DNA of 64,000 bases from NCBI GenBank assembly GCA_036489445.1, contig DASXFV010000038.1, positions 4,720 through 68,719 of the forward strand, read 5' to 3'. This DNA is from Steroidobacteraceae bacterium (GTDB lineage: Bacteria > Pseudomonadota > Gammaproteobacteria > Steroidobacterales > Steroidobacteraceae). Below the pieces are notes generated by a model. It made no database searches. It was not told the DNA's origin and was given only the letters and a program-made list of their open reading frames with translations. Below are positions 28,941 to 37,654 of this stretch, one piece after another. How positions within the stretch are numbered: the stretch's first letter is position 1; every line of letters starts with the position of its first letter. Made by a program: the position numbers and the translations under genes.

Positions 28941-30037
28941 GGCATGTCGTCAAGTGTCTGCTGGTGGATGATCTGCCGGAAAATCTGCTCGCTTTGTCGG
29001 AACTCCTGCATCAGGAGGATGTGGAGATTCTCCAGGCCCGGTCCGGGACTGAGGCGCTCGAGATTCTTCTGGTCCATCAGGTGGCGCTCGCGCTGCTGGA
29101 TGTGCAGATGCCCGACATGGACGGCTTTGCGCTTGCCGAACTGATGCGCGGCAGCGCACGGACGCGCCACGTCCCGATCATTTTCGTCACAGCGAGCGCC
29201 CACGACCAGCATCGGATGTTCCAGGGTTACGAATCAGGAGCGGTCGATTTTCTGTATAAACCCATCGAGCCGCAGATCCTGAGGAACAAGGCCGCGGTGT
29301 TCTTTCAGCTCGATCGGCAAAAACGCCAGCTCGATCATGAACTGCACGAACGCACCGAGACGCTGCGTCTGAATGAGTTGTTTACGGCGCTGCTCGCGCA
29401 TGATCTTCGCAATCCGCTCAATGCGGTTGTGACCTCCGCGCACCTGATACAGCGGATTGTGGCTGAGCCCGTCGCCAAAGATGCCGCCTCCCGCATTCTT
29501 TCCAGCGGCACGCGCATGAGCCGGCTGATCGAGGACATGCTGGATCTCGCGCGTGCGCGAGTCGGCGGTGGGATAGCGATCAAGCGCGAGGACAGTGATC
29601 TTGATGCATTGGTCGGCCCGGTTGTGCGCGAGCATCAGGCCGCGTCCCCCGAGCGGCACATCGAGATTGTTTGCAGCGGTGTGCTGCGGGGTCAATGGGA
29701 CCCCGAGCGCATGGCGCAGGTCGCCTCCAATCTCATTGGCAATGCCATCAAGCACGGGGACCCGCAGGGGCCGGTCGTGGTGCATCTTGATGGCACTCGC
29801 AGCGACGCCGTCGTGTTCTCGGTTGAGAATGACGGTGCCATTCCCACCGAGCGGCATGCCGGCCTGTTTGATCCCTTCAAGGACGGACAGCAGCGGGTGG
29901 GCCGCAATGAGGGGCTGGGTCTTGGGCTCTACATCGTGCAGCAGATCGTGATGGCGCATGCCGGACGAATCGAGGTCCAGTCGGAACAAGGCCGACGCAC
30001 CGTGTTTACGGCGCACCTGCCGCGTAAGTCGGCTTGA
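28937..30037 (+). CDS. receiver domain - histidine kinase fusion (REC-HisKA-HATPase)
   Basis: REC core (VLLVDDLPENL...LLDVQMPDMDG), H-box-like ALLAHDLRNPLN, N-box NLIGNAIKHG, G-box GLGLGLYIV. Confidence 0.85.
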   Translation: MRHVVKCLLVDDLPENLLALSELLHQEDVEILQARSGTEALEILLVHQVALALLDVQMPDMDGFALAELMRGSARTRHVPIIFVTASAHDQHRMFQGYESGAVDFLYKPIEPQILRNKAAVFFQLDRQKRQLDHELHERTETLRLNELFTALLAHDLRNPLNAVVTSAHLIQRIVAEPVAKDAASRILSSGTRMSRLIEDMLDLARARVGGGIAIKREDSDLDALVGPVVREHQAASPERHIEIVCSGVLRGQWDPERMAQVASNLIGNAIKHGDPQGPVVVHLDGTRSDAVVFSVENDGAIPTERHAGLFDPFKDGQQRVGRNEGLGLGLYIVQQIVMAHAGRIEVQSEQGRRTVFTAHLPRKSA

Positions 30038-30244
30038 TTAAGTCATAGGTCCTGTGCCGCAGCATCTGGGGCGCGCAGCACGGTGCTTGGGATCCCGTCG
30101 GGATGTCGATTTCAGACTGCTGCCGGCGCATTCTGTCCTGCCCCCACGCCGTCCTGAGACGACCGCGTTGACCGCTTGGCGAGGCATGTGTTACCTCGTG
30201 GCGTTGGGGTGAATCCACTCTTGGCCACGGGGACGAAGAAAAAT

Positions 30245-31183
30245 ATGCCCGGTCGCAGGCAGATCTTGAAACAGCTGGCAGGCGGCATCGCCGCCCAGGC
30301 GTTGGCAGGGGTTGTCGGGCCCCAGGCCTTTGCGGGCAGCTCCGGGCCGACCGTGAGCCCGCTCAGTGCCAATGTGGCGCTGCTCTCCGGTGTCGGCGGC
30401 AATGTGGTGGCGTTCAGCACCCCGGACGGATTGCTGGTGATCGACAGCGGCGCGCCCGAGCACTCCAGGGAACTGCTGAAGACGCTGACCTCCTTGCCAG
30501 GCGGTAAGCGCATCCGCACCGTCTTCAATACCCATTGGCACTGGGACCATACCGGCGGCAATGAGCTGCTGCGTAAGGCTGGCGCGCAGATCATCGCGCA
30601 CGAGAACACGCGTCTGTGGCTGGGCACGAAGGTCATCGAGGAGTGGGAAAACCGCACCTACCCGGCGCGATCGGCGCAGGCATTGCCGACCAACACGTTC
30701 TACTATAAGACCAACCAGCTGACCTTCGGCAACGAACCGCTCGAGTACGGATGGCTGGGTCAGGCTCACACGGACGGCGATATCTACATCTACCTGCGTG
30801 GGCAGAATCTGTTGATGGTGGGGGATGTACTGTCCGTGGGTCGCTACCCGGTGCTTGATTACTGCACCGGCGGCTGGATCGTGGGTATGAGAGATGCGAC
30901 GCAGAAGCTGCTCGATCTCAGCAACGATCAGACGCGCATCGTTCCGGGGACCGGTCCGGTTCAGAGCCGCGCGGATCTCCAGGCCGAGCACGATATGCTG
31001 TCTGCCATGCAGGACAAAGTATGGGCGCTCATGCGCAAGGGTATGACGGCGAGTGAAATCCTGGCCGCGAAGGCGAGCGCCGATTTCGATGCGAAATGGG
31101 GCGATCCGCAACAGTTCATTACGAGTGCCTACCAGGGTATCTACGGCCATATCGCCGACTTCCTGGGCAAAGGAGTCGTGTAG
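30245..31183 (+). CDS. metallo-beta-lactamase fold hydrolase with Tat-type signal
   Basis: ATG at 30245 gives MPGRRQILKQLAGG...AFA (twin-arginine). HxHxDH motif (THWHWDHTGGN). Confidence 0.8.
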   Translation: MPGRRQILKQLAGGIAAQALAGVVGPQAFAGSSGPTVSPLSANVALLSGVGGNVVAFSTPDGLLVIDSGAPEHSRELLKTLTSLPGGKRIRTVFNTHWHWDHTGGNELLRKAGAQIIAHENTRLWLGTKVIEEWENRTYPARSAQALPTNTFYYKTNQLTFGNEPLEYGWLGQAHTDGDIYIYLRGQNLLMVGDVLSVGRYPVLDYCTGGWIVGMRDATQKLLDLSNDQTRIVPGTGPVQSRADLQAEHDMLSAMQDKVWALMRKGMTASEILAAKASADFDAKWGDPQQFITSAYQGIYGHIADFLGKGVV

Positions 31184-31185
31184 GC

Positions 31186-33597
31186 ATGAGAGCAATCGTG
31201 AACCTGATACGTCCCACTCTCACCGCGCTGGCCACCAGCCTGGTTGTGGCAGCGGCAGGCGCCGGCACGGCGCTGGCCGCAAACACCGCGCCCAACCCGG
31301 GCGATGCCGCCGCGCACGAGAAGTGGCAGCTGCTGGGTGAGTATTGCGAGAAATGCCACAACGCGAATGACTGGGCCGGCAGTGTCGCCTTCGACACGAT
31401 GCAGCCGCAGGATATTCCCCAGGACGCGAAAATCTGGGAAGAAGCCGTCACCAAGCTGCAGGGTCGCCTCATGCCCCCGCCGGGACAAAAGCAGCCGCCC
31501 CAGGCGCGCATCGACTCGTTCGTCTCCTGGCTGCAGACCAACCTCGATGCCGCGGATGCGGCGCATCCGGATCCGGGCTATGTGACTTTGCATCGGCTCA
31601 ACCGCACCGAGTACGCGCGCTCGGTGCAGGAATTGCTCGGCGTCACGGTGGACGTGGAGTCCTTGTTGCCCAAGGACACGATGAGCGATGGCTTCGATGA
31701 CATCGCGAATGTCCTGAAGGTCTCGCCGACATTTCTGGACCAGTACATTTCGGCGGCCTCGAGCGTGGCGGCACTGGCCATGGGCAATCCGCAGGCGCAC
31801 AAGAGCATTGCGATCCTGCGCGCCTCGCGTGAGAGCCAAACCTCGCATATCGAAGGTCTGCCGCTCGGGACGCACGGCATGCTGGTGAGTCACGACTTCC
31901 CGGCCGATGGTGACTACGAGTTCGACCTGGGTCGTGGTGGCGCTGGCGCGATGCTGCTGATCGACGGCCAACAGGTATACCAACAAAGCGCCGCTGCGCC
32001 GGGGGCCGGCCCCGGTGGCCCTGGGGGCCGGGATCCGCGCAGGCGCCCGCCACTGCCACGACTGCATGTGACCGCGGGGCCGCACGAGATTGCGGTCGCC
32101 TTCGTGGCGCATGAGCAGCCCGAATCCGACGACTGGCTGCAGCCGCTGGATCCGGCCGGCGGCGGGTTTGGCGGCTTTGGAGGGCGTGCCACGGGCCTGC
32201 AGATTACGGGCCCGTTCGACCCTACCGGTGTCAGCGATACCCCCAGTCGCCACAAGATCTTCGTTTGTCACCCGGCCGATGAGAGCGCGGAGCTGCCCTG
32301 CGCCCGGCAGATCATCGCGAACCTGGAGCGGGTCGCGTACCGGCGCCCGGTGACCGACGCGGATCTCGCCCCACCCCTGCGTTTCTTCCAGGAGGGCCGT
32401 CAGGGCGCAAGCTTTGATGCGGGCATAGAGAACGCGCTGGTGGCGATACTATCCAGCCCGAAGTTCCTCTACCGGGTGGAGCGCGTGCCGCGCAACGTGC
32501 AGCCGGGCGAGAGCTTCCGCATCAGCGACCTCGAATTGGCCTCGCGCCTGTCCTTCTTCCTGTGGAGCGAGGGACCGGACGAAAAGCTGCTGGATCTGGC
32601 CATCGCGAATCAGCTGCATGAACCGCAGGTCCTCTCGGAGCAGGTCAAGCGCATGCTGGCCGACCCGCGTGCCAACTCCCTGGTCACGAATTTTGCATTC
32701 CAGTGGCTGAAAGTCGATGACATGGATCGCATCAACCCGGACCAGGCCACGTATCCAGCCTTCGATGAGGATCTGCGCCATGCCTTCAAGACGGAGATGG
32801 AGCTGTTCCTGGGCAGCGTGCTGCTGCAGGACCATGATGTGCTCGATCTGCTCACCGCCAACTACACCTTCGTCAATGGCCGGTTGGCGCTGCATTACGG
32901 CGTACCCAATGTGCTGGGCAGCGACTTCCGCAAGGTGACGCTGACCGATTCGCGGCGCTGGGGACTGTTGGGCAAGGGCGCGATTCTCATGGGTACCTCC
33001 TACGCCAACCGCACCGCGCCGGTATTGCGCGGCGCCTGGGTGCTCGAGTCGGTTGAAGGGACGCCGCCGCATGCGCCGCCCCCCGCCATCCCGGCCCTGG
33101 TGGAGAATATTCCGGGCGCCAGGCCCCTCACGGTGCGTGAGCGCATGGAGCGGCACCGCTCGCAGCCTTCCTGCAATGCCTGTCACGGCATCATGGATCC
33201 GATGGGACTGTCGCTGGAGAACTTCGACGCGGTGGGCCAGTGGCGCACCAAGGACTATGACACCGGCACGCCCATCGATGCCTCGGGAAAGATGGCGGAC
33301 GGCACGCCCGTGGACGGTCCGGATGACCTGCGCAAGAGGCTGATGGCGCGCCCGGACCAGTTCGTGCAGACCTTGACGCGCAATCTGATGGCCTATGCAT
33401 TGGGCCGCACGCTGGACTATCACGACATGCCGACGGTGCGCAGGATCGTGCGCGCGGCGGCGGCCGATCACGATCGCTTCTCAGCCATCCTGCTCGGCAT
33501 CGTCGCAAGCCCCGCATTCCAGATGAAGGAAATGCCCGCGCCCCAGAGTGCGGGCCAGCCGGATGTGAAAGTGACGCAGGTGTCGGTACCGCACTGA
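31186..33597 (+). CDS. DUF1592/DUF1595/DUF1588/DUF1587/DUF1585-type protein with N-terminal CxxCH heme-c motif
   Basis: ATG at 31186 gives a signal peptide. CEKCH lies at 31345-31359, followed by the WEEAVTKLQGRLMPP motif typical of this planctomycete-type family. C-terminal SCNACHGIMDPMG. Confidence 0.8.
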   Translation: MRAIVNLIRPTLTALATSLVVAAAGAGTALAANTAPNPGDAAAHEKWQLLGEYCEKCHNANDWAGSVAFDTMQPQDIPQDAKIWEEAVTKLQGRLMPPPGQKQPPQARIDSFVSWLQTNLDAADAAHPDPGYVTLHRLNRTEYARSVQELLGVTVDVESLLPKDTMSDGFDDIANVLKVSPTFLDQYISAASSVAALAMGNPQAHKSIAILRASRESQTSHIEGLPLGTHGMLVSHDFPADGDYEFDLGRGGAGAMLLIDGQQVYQQSAAAPGAGPGGPGGRDPRRRPPLPRLHVTAGPHEIAVAFVAHEQPESDDWLQPLDPAGGGFGGFGGRATGLQITGPFDPTGVSDTPSRHKIFVCHPADESAELPCARQIIANLERVAYRRPVTDADLAPPLRFFQEGRQGASFDAGIENALVAILSSPKFLYRVERVPRNVQPGESFRISDLELASRLSFFLWSEGPDEKLLDLAIANQLHEPQVLSEQVKRMLADPRANSLVTNFAFQWLKVDDMDRINPDQATYPAFDEDLRHAFKTEMELFLGSVLLQDHDVLDLLTANYTFVNGRLALHYGVPNVLGSDFRKVTLTDSRRWGLLGKGAILMGTSYANRTAPVLRGAWVLESVEGTPPHAPPPAIPALVENIPGARPLTVRERMERHRSQPSCNACHGIMDPMGLSLENFDAVGQWRTKDYDTGTPIDASGKMADGTPVDGPDDLRKRLMARPDQFVQTLTRNLMAYALGRTLDYHDMPTVRRIVRAAAADHDRFSAILLGIVASPAFQMKEMPAPQSAGQPDVKVTQVSVPH

Positions 33598-33616
33598 TGC
33601 GTCGGAGGATTTGCCA

Positions 33617-34939
33617 ATGATATTTATCACGAAAAAGCATCTGTCACGCCGCACCGTCCTGCGCGGCGTCGGTGCCGTCGTCGCGCTGCCCCTGCTGGAT
33701 GCGATGATCCCGGCAAGCGTCGCCTTAGGCCAGACCGCGGCGGTGCCGAAGATGAAAATGGCGTTCATCTACTTCCCGCACGGCGCGATCATGGACAAGT
33801 GGACGCCGAGCGGCGTCGGTCGCGACTTCAAGCTCTCGCCCATCCTGGAGGCGCTGGGGCCGTACCAGAAGGAGCTGGTGGTGGTGAGCAATCTGGGCAA
33901 CAGGCCGGCCGAGAGCGCCGCCGTGCACGCCATCGTGCCGGGCACCTGGCTGTCGTGCGTGCACCCGAAGGAGAGCCAGGATCCGATCGGCGGGGTCACC
34001 GTGGATCAGATGGCGGCGCAGCACCTGGGCCAGGACACGCCGCTCCCGTCCCTGGAAGTCGCCACCGAGCAGGATGGCGGCGGTGGCGTGTGCGATCGCG
34101 CCTACGGCTGCAGTTTCTCGGGAACGATTTCCTTCCGTACGCCCACCACGCCACTGCCGATGGAGTACAACCCGCGCAACCTCTTCCAACGGCTCTTTGG
34201 CCGCGGCGATACGCTGGCCGAACGTACCGCGCTGGGCAAGCGCTATGATAGCGTGCTGGACATGGTGGCCGCGGATGCGCAGTCCATGCGCGCGGATCTG
34301 GGGCCCGCCGATAAGGTGGTCCTGAGCGACTATCTGGACAGCGTGCGCGAGGTCGAGCGGCGCGTGCAGAAGATGGAGAGCCAGGACCTGTCGCATCTGA
34401 AGCTGCCGCCGGTACCGCTGGGCATTCCGGAGCAGTTTCCTGAACAGCAGGCGCTGATGTTCGACATGATCGCGCTCGCGTTCCAGGCGAACCTGACGCA
34501 CATCGCGACCATGACGATGGCGCACGAAGTCAGCAGCATGACCTACCCGTTCATCGGCGTACCGGATGCGTTCCATCCGATCTCGCACCACCAGGGCGAT
34601 CCGACGAAGATCGAGAAACTGATCAAGATCCAGACCTATCACACGACCAAGCTCGCCGCGTTCCTGAAGCGCCTCGCGGACACGCCCGATGGCGATGGCT
34701 CGCTGTACGACCATGCGATGATTCTGTACGGCAGCAACATGAGCAACAGCAATGCCCATGATCAGTATCCACTCCCCACGGCGCTGGTCGGCGGGGCCTG
34801 CGGCAAGATCAAGGGCGGTCAGCACCTGCGCTACCCGGAGCACACGCCGCTCGCCAACGTACTGCTCACCATGTTGCGCCGGGCTGGCATTCAACAGGAC
34901 AAGGTCGGCGACAGCACCGGCGAAATCGCGGAGATCTGA
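33617..34939 (+). CDS. DUF1552 family protein with Tat-type signal
   Basis: GGAGGA sits 7 nt before the ATG at 33617. N-terminus MIFITKKHLSRRTVLRGVGAVVALPLLDAM is characteristic of DUF1552. Confidence 0.8.
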   Translation: MIFITKKHLSRRTVLRGVGAVVALPLLDAMIPASVALGQTAAVPKMKMAFIYFPHGAIMDKWTPSGVGRDFKLSPILEALGPYQKELVVVSNLGNRPAESAAVHAIVPGTWLSCVHPKESQDPIGGVTVDQMAAQHLGQDTPLPSLEVATEQDGGGGVCDRAYGCSFSGTISFRTPTTPLPMEYNPRNLFQRLFGRGDTLAERTALGKRYDSVLDMVAADAQSMRADLGPADKVVLSDYLDSVREVERRVQKMESQDLSHLKLPPVPLGIPEQFPEQQALMFDMIALAFQANLTHIATMTMAHEVSSMTYPFIGVPDAFHPISHHQGDPTKIEKLIKIQTYHTTKLAAFLKRLADTPDGDGSLYDHAMILYGSNMSNSNAHDQYPLPTALVGGACGKIKGGQHLRYPEHTPLANVLLTMLRRAGIQQDKVGDSTGEIAEI

Positions 34940-34942
34940 CCC

Positions 34943-36475
34943 ATGAAATCCTGGCTTGGCCTGGTACTACTCGCCGTCGCGGGCTCCGCACTGGCCGCGA
35001 TCGGCACCCCATCGCTGGTGGACCTGGCGGAGGCGGGCGGCCACACCCAGGCAGCGCTGGCACTCATCGACCAGGGTGCCGATGTGAACAGTCCCGCAGA
35101 TGACGGTTCAACCGCGCTGCTGTGGGCCGCGCATCGCGACGACCGCGTGCTCGTCGAGCGCCTGCTCAAGGCGCGCGCGGATGTCAAGGCCGCCAACAAA
35201 TACGGCGCGACGCCCATGTCGGAGGCGGCGGCGTACGGGGATCCGGCGGTAATCGAACTGCTGCTCAAAGCCGGGGCAGACCCGGATTCGGCCAATGCGG
35301 ACGGTCAGACGGCGCTGATGGTCGTGGCCCATACCAGCAATGTGCAGGCCGCGGAACTGTTGCTGCGGCATGGCGCGCATGTGGATGCGACCGAAAAGCT
35401 GCGGGGCCAGACGGCATTGCATTTCGCGGCCGCGGAGAGCCAGCCGGCGATGGTGCAGGAGCTGTTGCATCATCGCGCCGATCCGAACGCGCGTTCGAGG
35501 ATCGAGCATGATCTGCGCCAGGTGAGCGCCGAGCCGCGCATTCAGTGGCGAGCGCCCGGCGGCCTCACCCCCCTCCTGTATGCGGCGCGCCAGGGCTGTA
35601 TGGAATGCGTGCAGGCGCTGATCAAGGCCAAGGCGGATCCGAACCTGAACGATCCGGACGGCATCTCGCCGCTCCTGATCGCGACTGAAAATTTCCACTT
35701 CGACGTGGCGGTTTACCTCATGAAGGCGGGCGCCGACCCCAATCATTGGGACTGGTGGGGCCGTACGCCGCTGTATGCGGCCGTTGATCTGAACACCTTG
35801 CCCTATGGTGGCAGGTCCGACCGACCGTCACTGGACACGACCACCAGCCTGAAGATGATCGAGCTGCTGCTCAATGCCGGTGTGAACCCGAATGCGCAGC
35901 TGAAGCTGTTCCCGCCGTTCCGTCAGATCGGCGCCGATCGCGGCGCAGACCTGTTGTTGACGGTTGGCACGACGCCGCTGCTGCGGGCCGCCAAGGCGGG
36001 TGATACGGAGGCGATGAAGCTGCTGCTGGCACATGGCGCAAAGGCCGATCTGGCCAACAGCCTGGGTGTCACACCGCTTATGGCGGCGGCCGGGCTGCGC
36101 TCGAATGAAATCGACACGCGTGGCAAGTACGTCACCGAGAAGGAGGCCATTGCCGCTATCGATCTGCTGGTTGCAGCGGGAGCGGATGTCAACGTCATCG
36201 ATGACCGCGGGCAGTCGGCCCTGTACGGGGCCGCCTATTGGGGATGGAACGATGTGATCAAGTGCCTGACGGGTCATGGCGCTGATCTGAGCATCAAGGA
36301 CGCGCGCGGCCATAGCGCGGTGGACATGGCGATGGGCCGGGCCGAGGGCCACGGCCGCGGCGGCTCGGGCAGGGTCGTTCACGAGGATAGTGCCCAGCTG
36401 TTGCAGCAGCTGAGTGCAAACGGTGCCAAGACGGCGAATATGCCGCCCGTGAGGCCAGCGAACCAATTGCTTTGA
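34943..36475 (+). CDS. secreted ankyrin-repeat protein
   Basis: Signal peptide MKSWLGLVLLAVAGSALA. Many ANK units (GSTALLWAAHRDD..VERLLKARADV, GQTALHFAAAES..VQELLHHRADPN, and others). Confidence 0.85.
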   Translation: MKSWLGLVLLAVAGSALAAIGTPSLVDLAEAGGHTQAALALIDQGADVNSPADDGSTALLWAAHRDDRVLVERLLKARADVKAANKYGATPMSEAAAYGDPAVIELLLKAGADPDSANADGQTALMVVAHTSNVQAAELLLRHGAHVDATEKLRGQTALHFAAAESQPAMVQELLHHRADPNARSRIEHDLRQVSAEPRIQWRAPGGLTPLLYAARQGCMECVQALIKAKADPNLNDPDGISPLLIATENFHFDVAVYLMKAGADPNHWDWWGRTPLYAAVDLNTLPYGGRSDRPSLDTTTSLKMIELLLNAGVNPNAQLKLFPPFRQIGADRGADLLLTVGTTPLLRAAKAGDTEAMKLLLAHGAKADLANSLGVTPLMAAAGLRSNEIDTRGKYVTEKEAIAAIDLLVAAGADVNVIDDRGQSALYGAAYWGWNDVIKCLTGHGADLSIKDARGHSAVDMAMGRAEGHGRGGSGRVVHEDSAQLLQQLSANGAKTANMPPVRPANQLL

Positions 36476-36553
36476 GCGCTGACAAAACTCATCCATATTA
36501 TCGGGCATCTGCACAGCGAGGACAGCACCGGTTCGCAAAGCGCCGAGCACCCT

Positions 36554-36772
36554 TTACCACACAAACAGGTAACCCAGGCCCACCAGGGCAGTCAGGCGAC
36601 CCAGGTACGTCTGGTCCGCTGTGCCGACCGCCCGCCGATAGCGCCACAGCATCGGCACCACCGATGGCAGCATCATCACCACCGTCATCGCCATCCATAT
36701 GCCCAGGAACACTGACGCAGCGCCGGGCCAGGATTGTCCGGGCATTCGCATCCACATCGACACTGCGCCCAC
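36554..36772 (-). pseudogene. DUF2182-like (predicted metal-binding membrane protein) gene fragment
   Basis: The 72-codon ORF (MWMRMPGQSWPGAASVFLGIWMAMTVVMMLPSVVPMLWRYR) resembles the central part of DUF2182 proteins (~250 aa). A TAA interrupts it and the reading frame runs into the ankyrin gene end. Confidence 0.4.
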
Positions 36773-36780
36773 GACTTGAC

Positions 36781-37563
36781 TCAGTGCCCGGCGTACTCAT
36801 CGTGCCGGCGCCACCAGATGCCGGTCTCATTGCGTCCCTTGGGGGCACGGTCGAGCCATTGGTACATGCCCCAGAGGCCGTCCAGTCCGCGCCCGAAGGT
36901 CGAATAGGTGTGGTAGAGGACACCGTCCTCGACTGCGAACGCGCTCATGCCGGGTCTTTCGCGCGTGTAGGTGGCGACGTCGGTTCCGGTCATCGCGGCA
37001 TTTTCGCCGACGGGCCCCTCGCCACGTTTCGTCAACGCATCGCCGATGCCCGCGACTTGCCATCCCGGCTCGCGCCGGTAGTTGTAGTCGATGCCCCGCC
37101 GTTGCTGTTCCTCGGTGAATGAGACATTGAAATCGGCGTTGAAATTCCCCCCATGCGCGGACGCCCAGGGAAACTCCCACCGCATTCGCCGCCGGTACGT
37201 CTGCAGCTTCGCCAGCGGCGCCCGCGATACCGCCGCAAAGGCGACATCGTGGTTTTGCAGGTGAACTGCAATGCCGTTGAAGCCGTCCGCGATGGCTGAA
37301 CAGGAAGGACATCCCGCCGCATAGTCGGGCCCGAACATGAAGTGATAGATGATGAGTTGCGAGCGGCCGCCAAAGAGGTCTGCGAGGGACGCGCTGCCCT
37401 GCTCGGTTTCAAACCGGTATTCCTTATCGAGCCGCACCCACGGCAGCTCCTGGCGCTGTTGCGCCACTTCGTCGCCGCGTCGCGTCAGTTCCTTCTCCGC
37501 CTCGAGCAACGCCAGCCGCTGCGCAAGCCAATCCTTACGGATTCCGATCCGGTGTTTGATCAT
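36781..37563 (-). CDS. DUF899 thioredoxin-fold protein
   Basis: Track ORF trimmed to the ATG at 37563. RKDWLAQRLALLEAEKELTRRGDEVAQQRQELPW...FMFGPDYAAGCPSCS is the DUF899 signature. Confidence 0.8.
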   Translation of the reverse strand: MIKHRIGIRKDWLAQRLALLEAEKELTRRGDEVAQQRQELPWVRLDKEYRFETEQGSASLADLFGGRSQLIIYHFMFGPDYAAGCPSCSAIADGFNGIAVHLQNHDVAFAAVSRAPLAKLQTYRRRMRWEFPWASAHGGNFNADFNVSFTEEQQRRGIDYNYRREPGWQVAGIGDALTKRGEGPVGENAAMTGTDVATYTRERPGMSAFAVEDGVLYHTYSTFGRGLDGLWGMYQWLDRAPKGRNETGIWWRRHDEYAGH

Positions 37564-37654
37564 TGCAATGCTCCTGCCTTGGCTGTGGTTCGTTGTGGGA
37601 TAATCTAAGCGCCGGGAATCGCACGATGGGAGTGACAAGTTTGGCGGGATTGCG

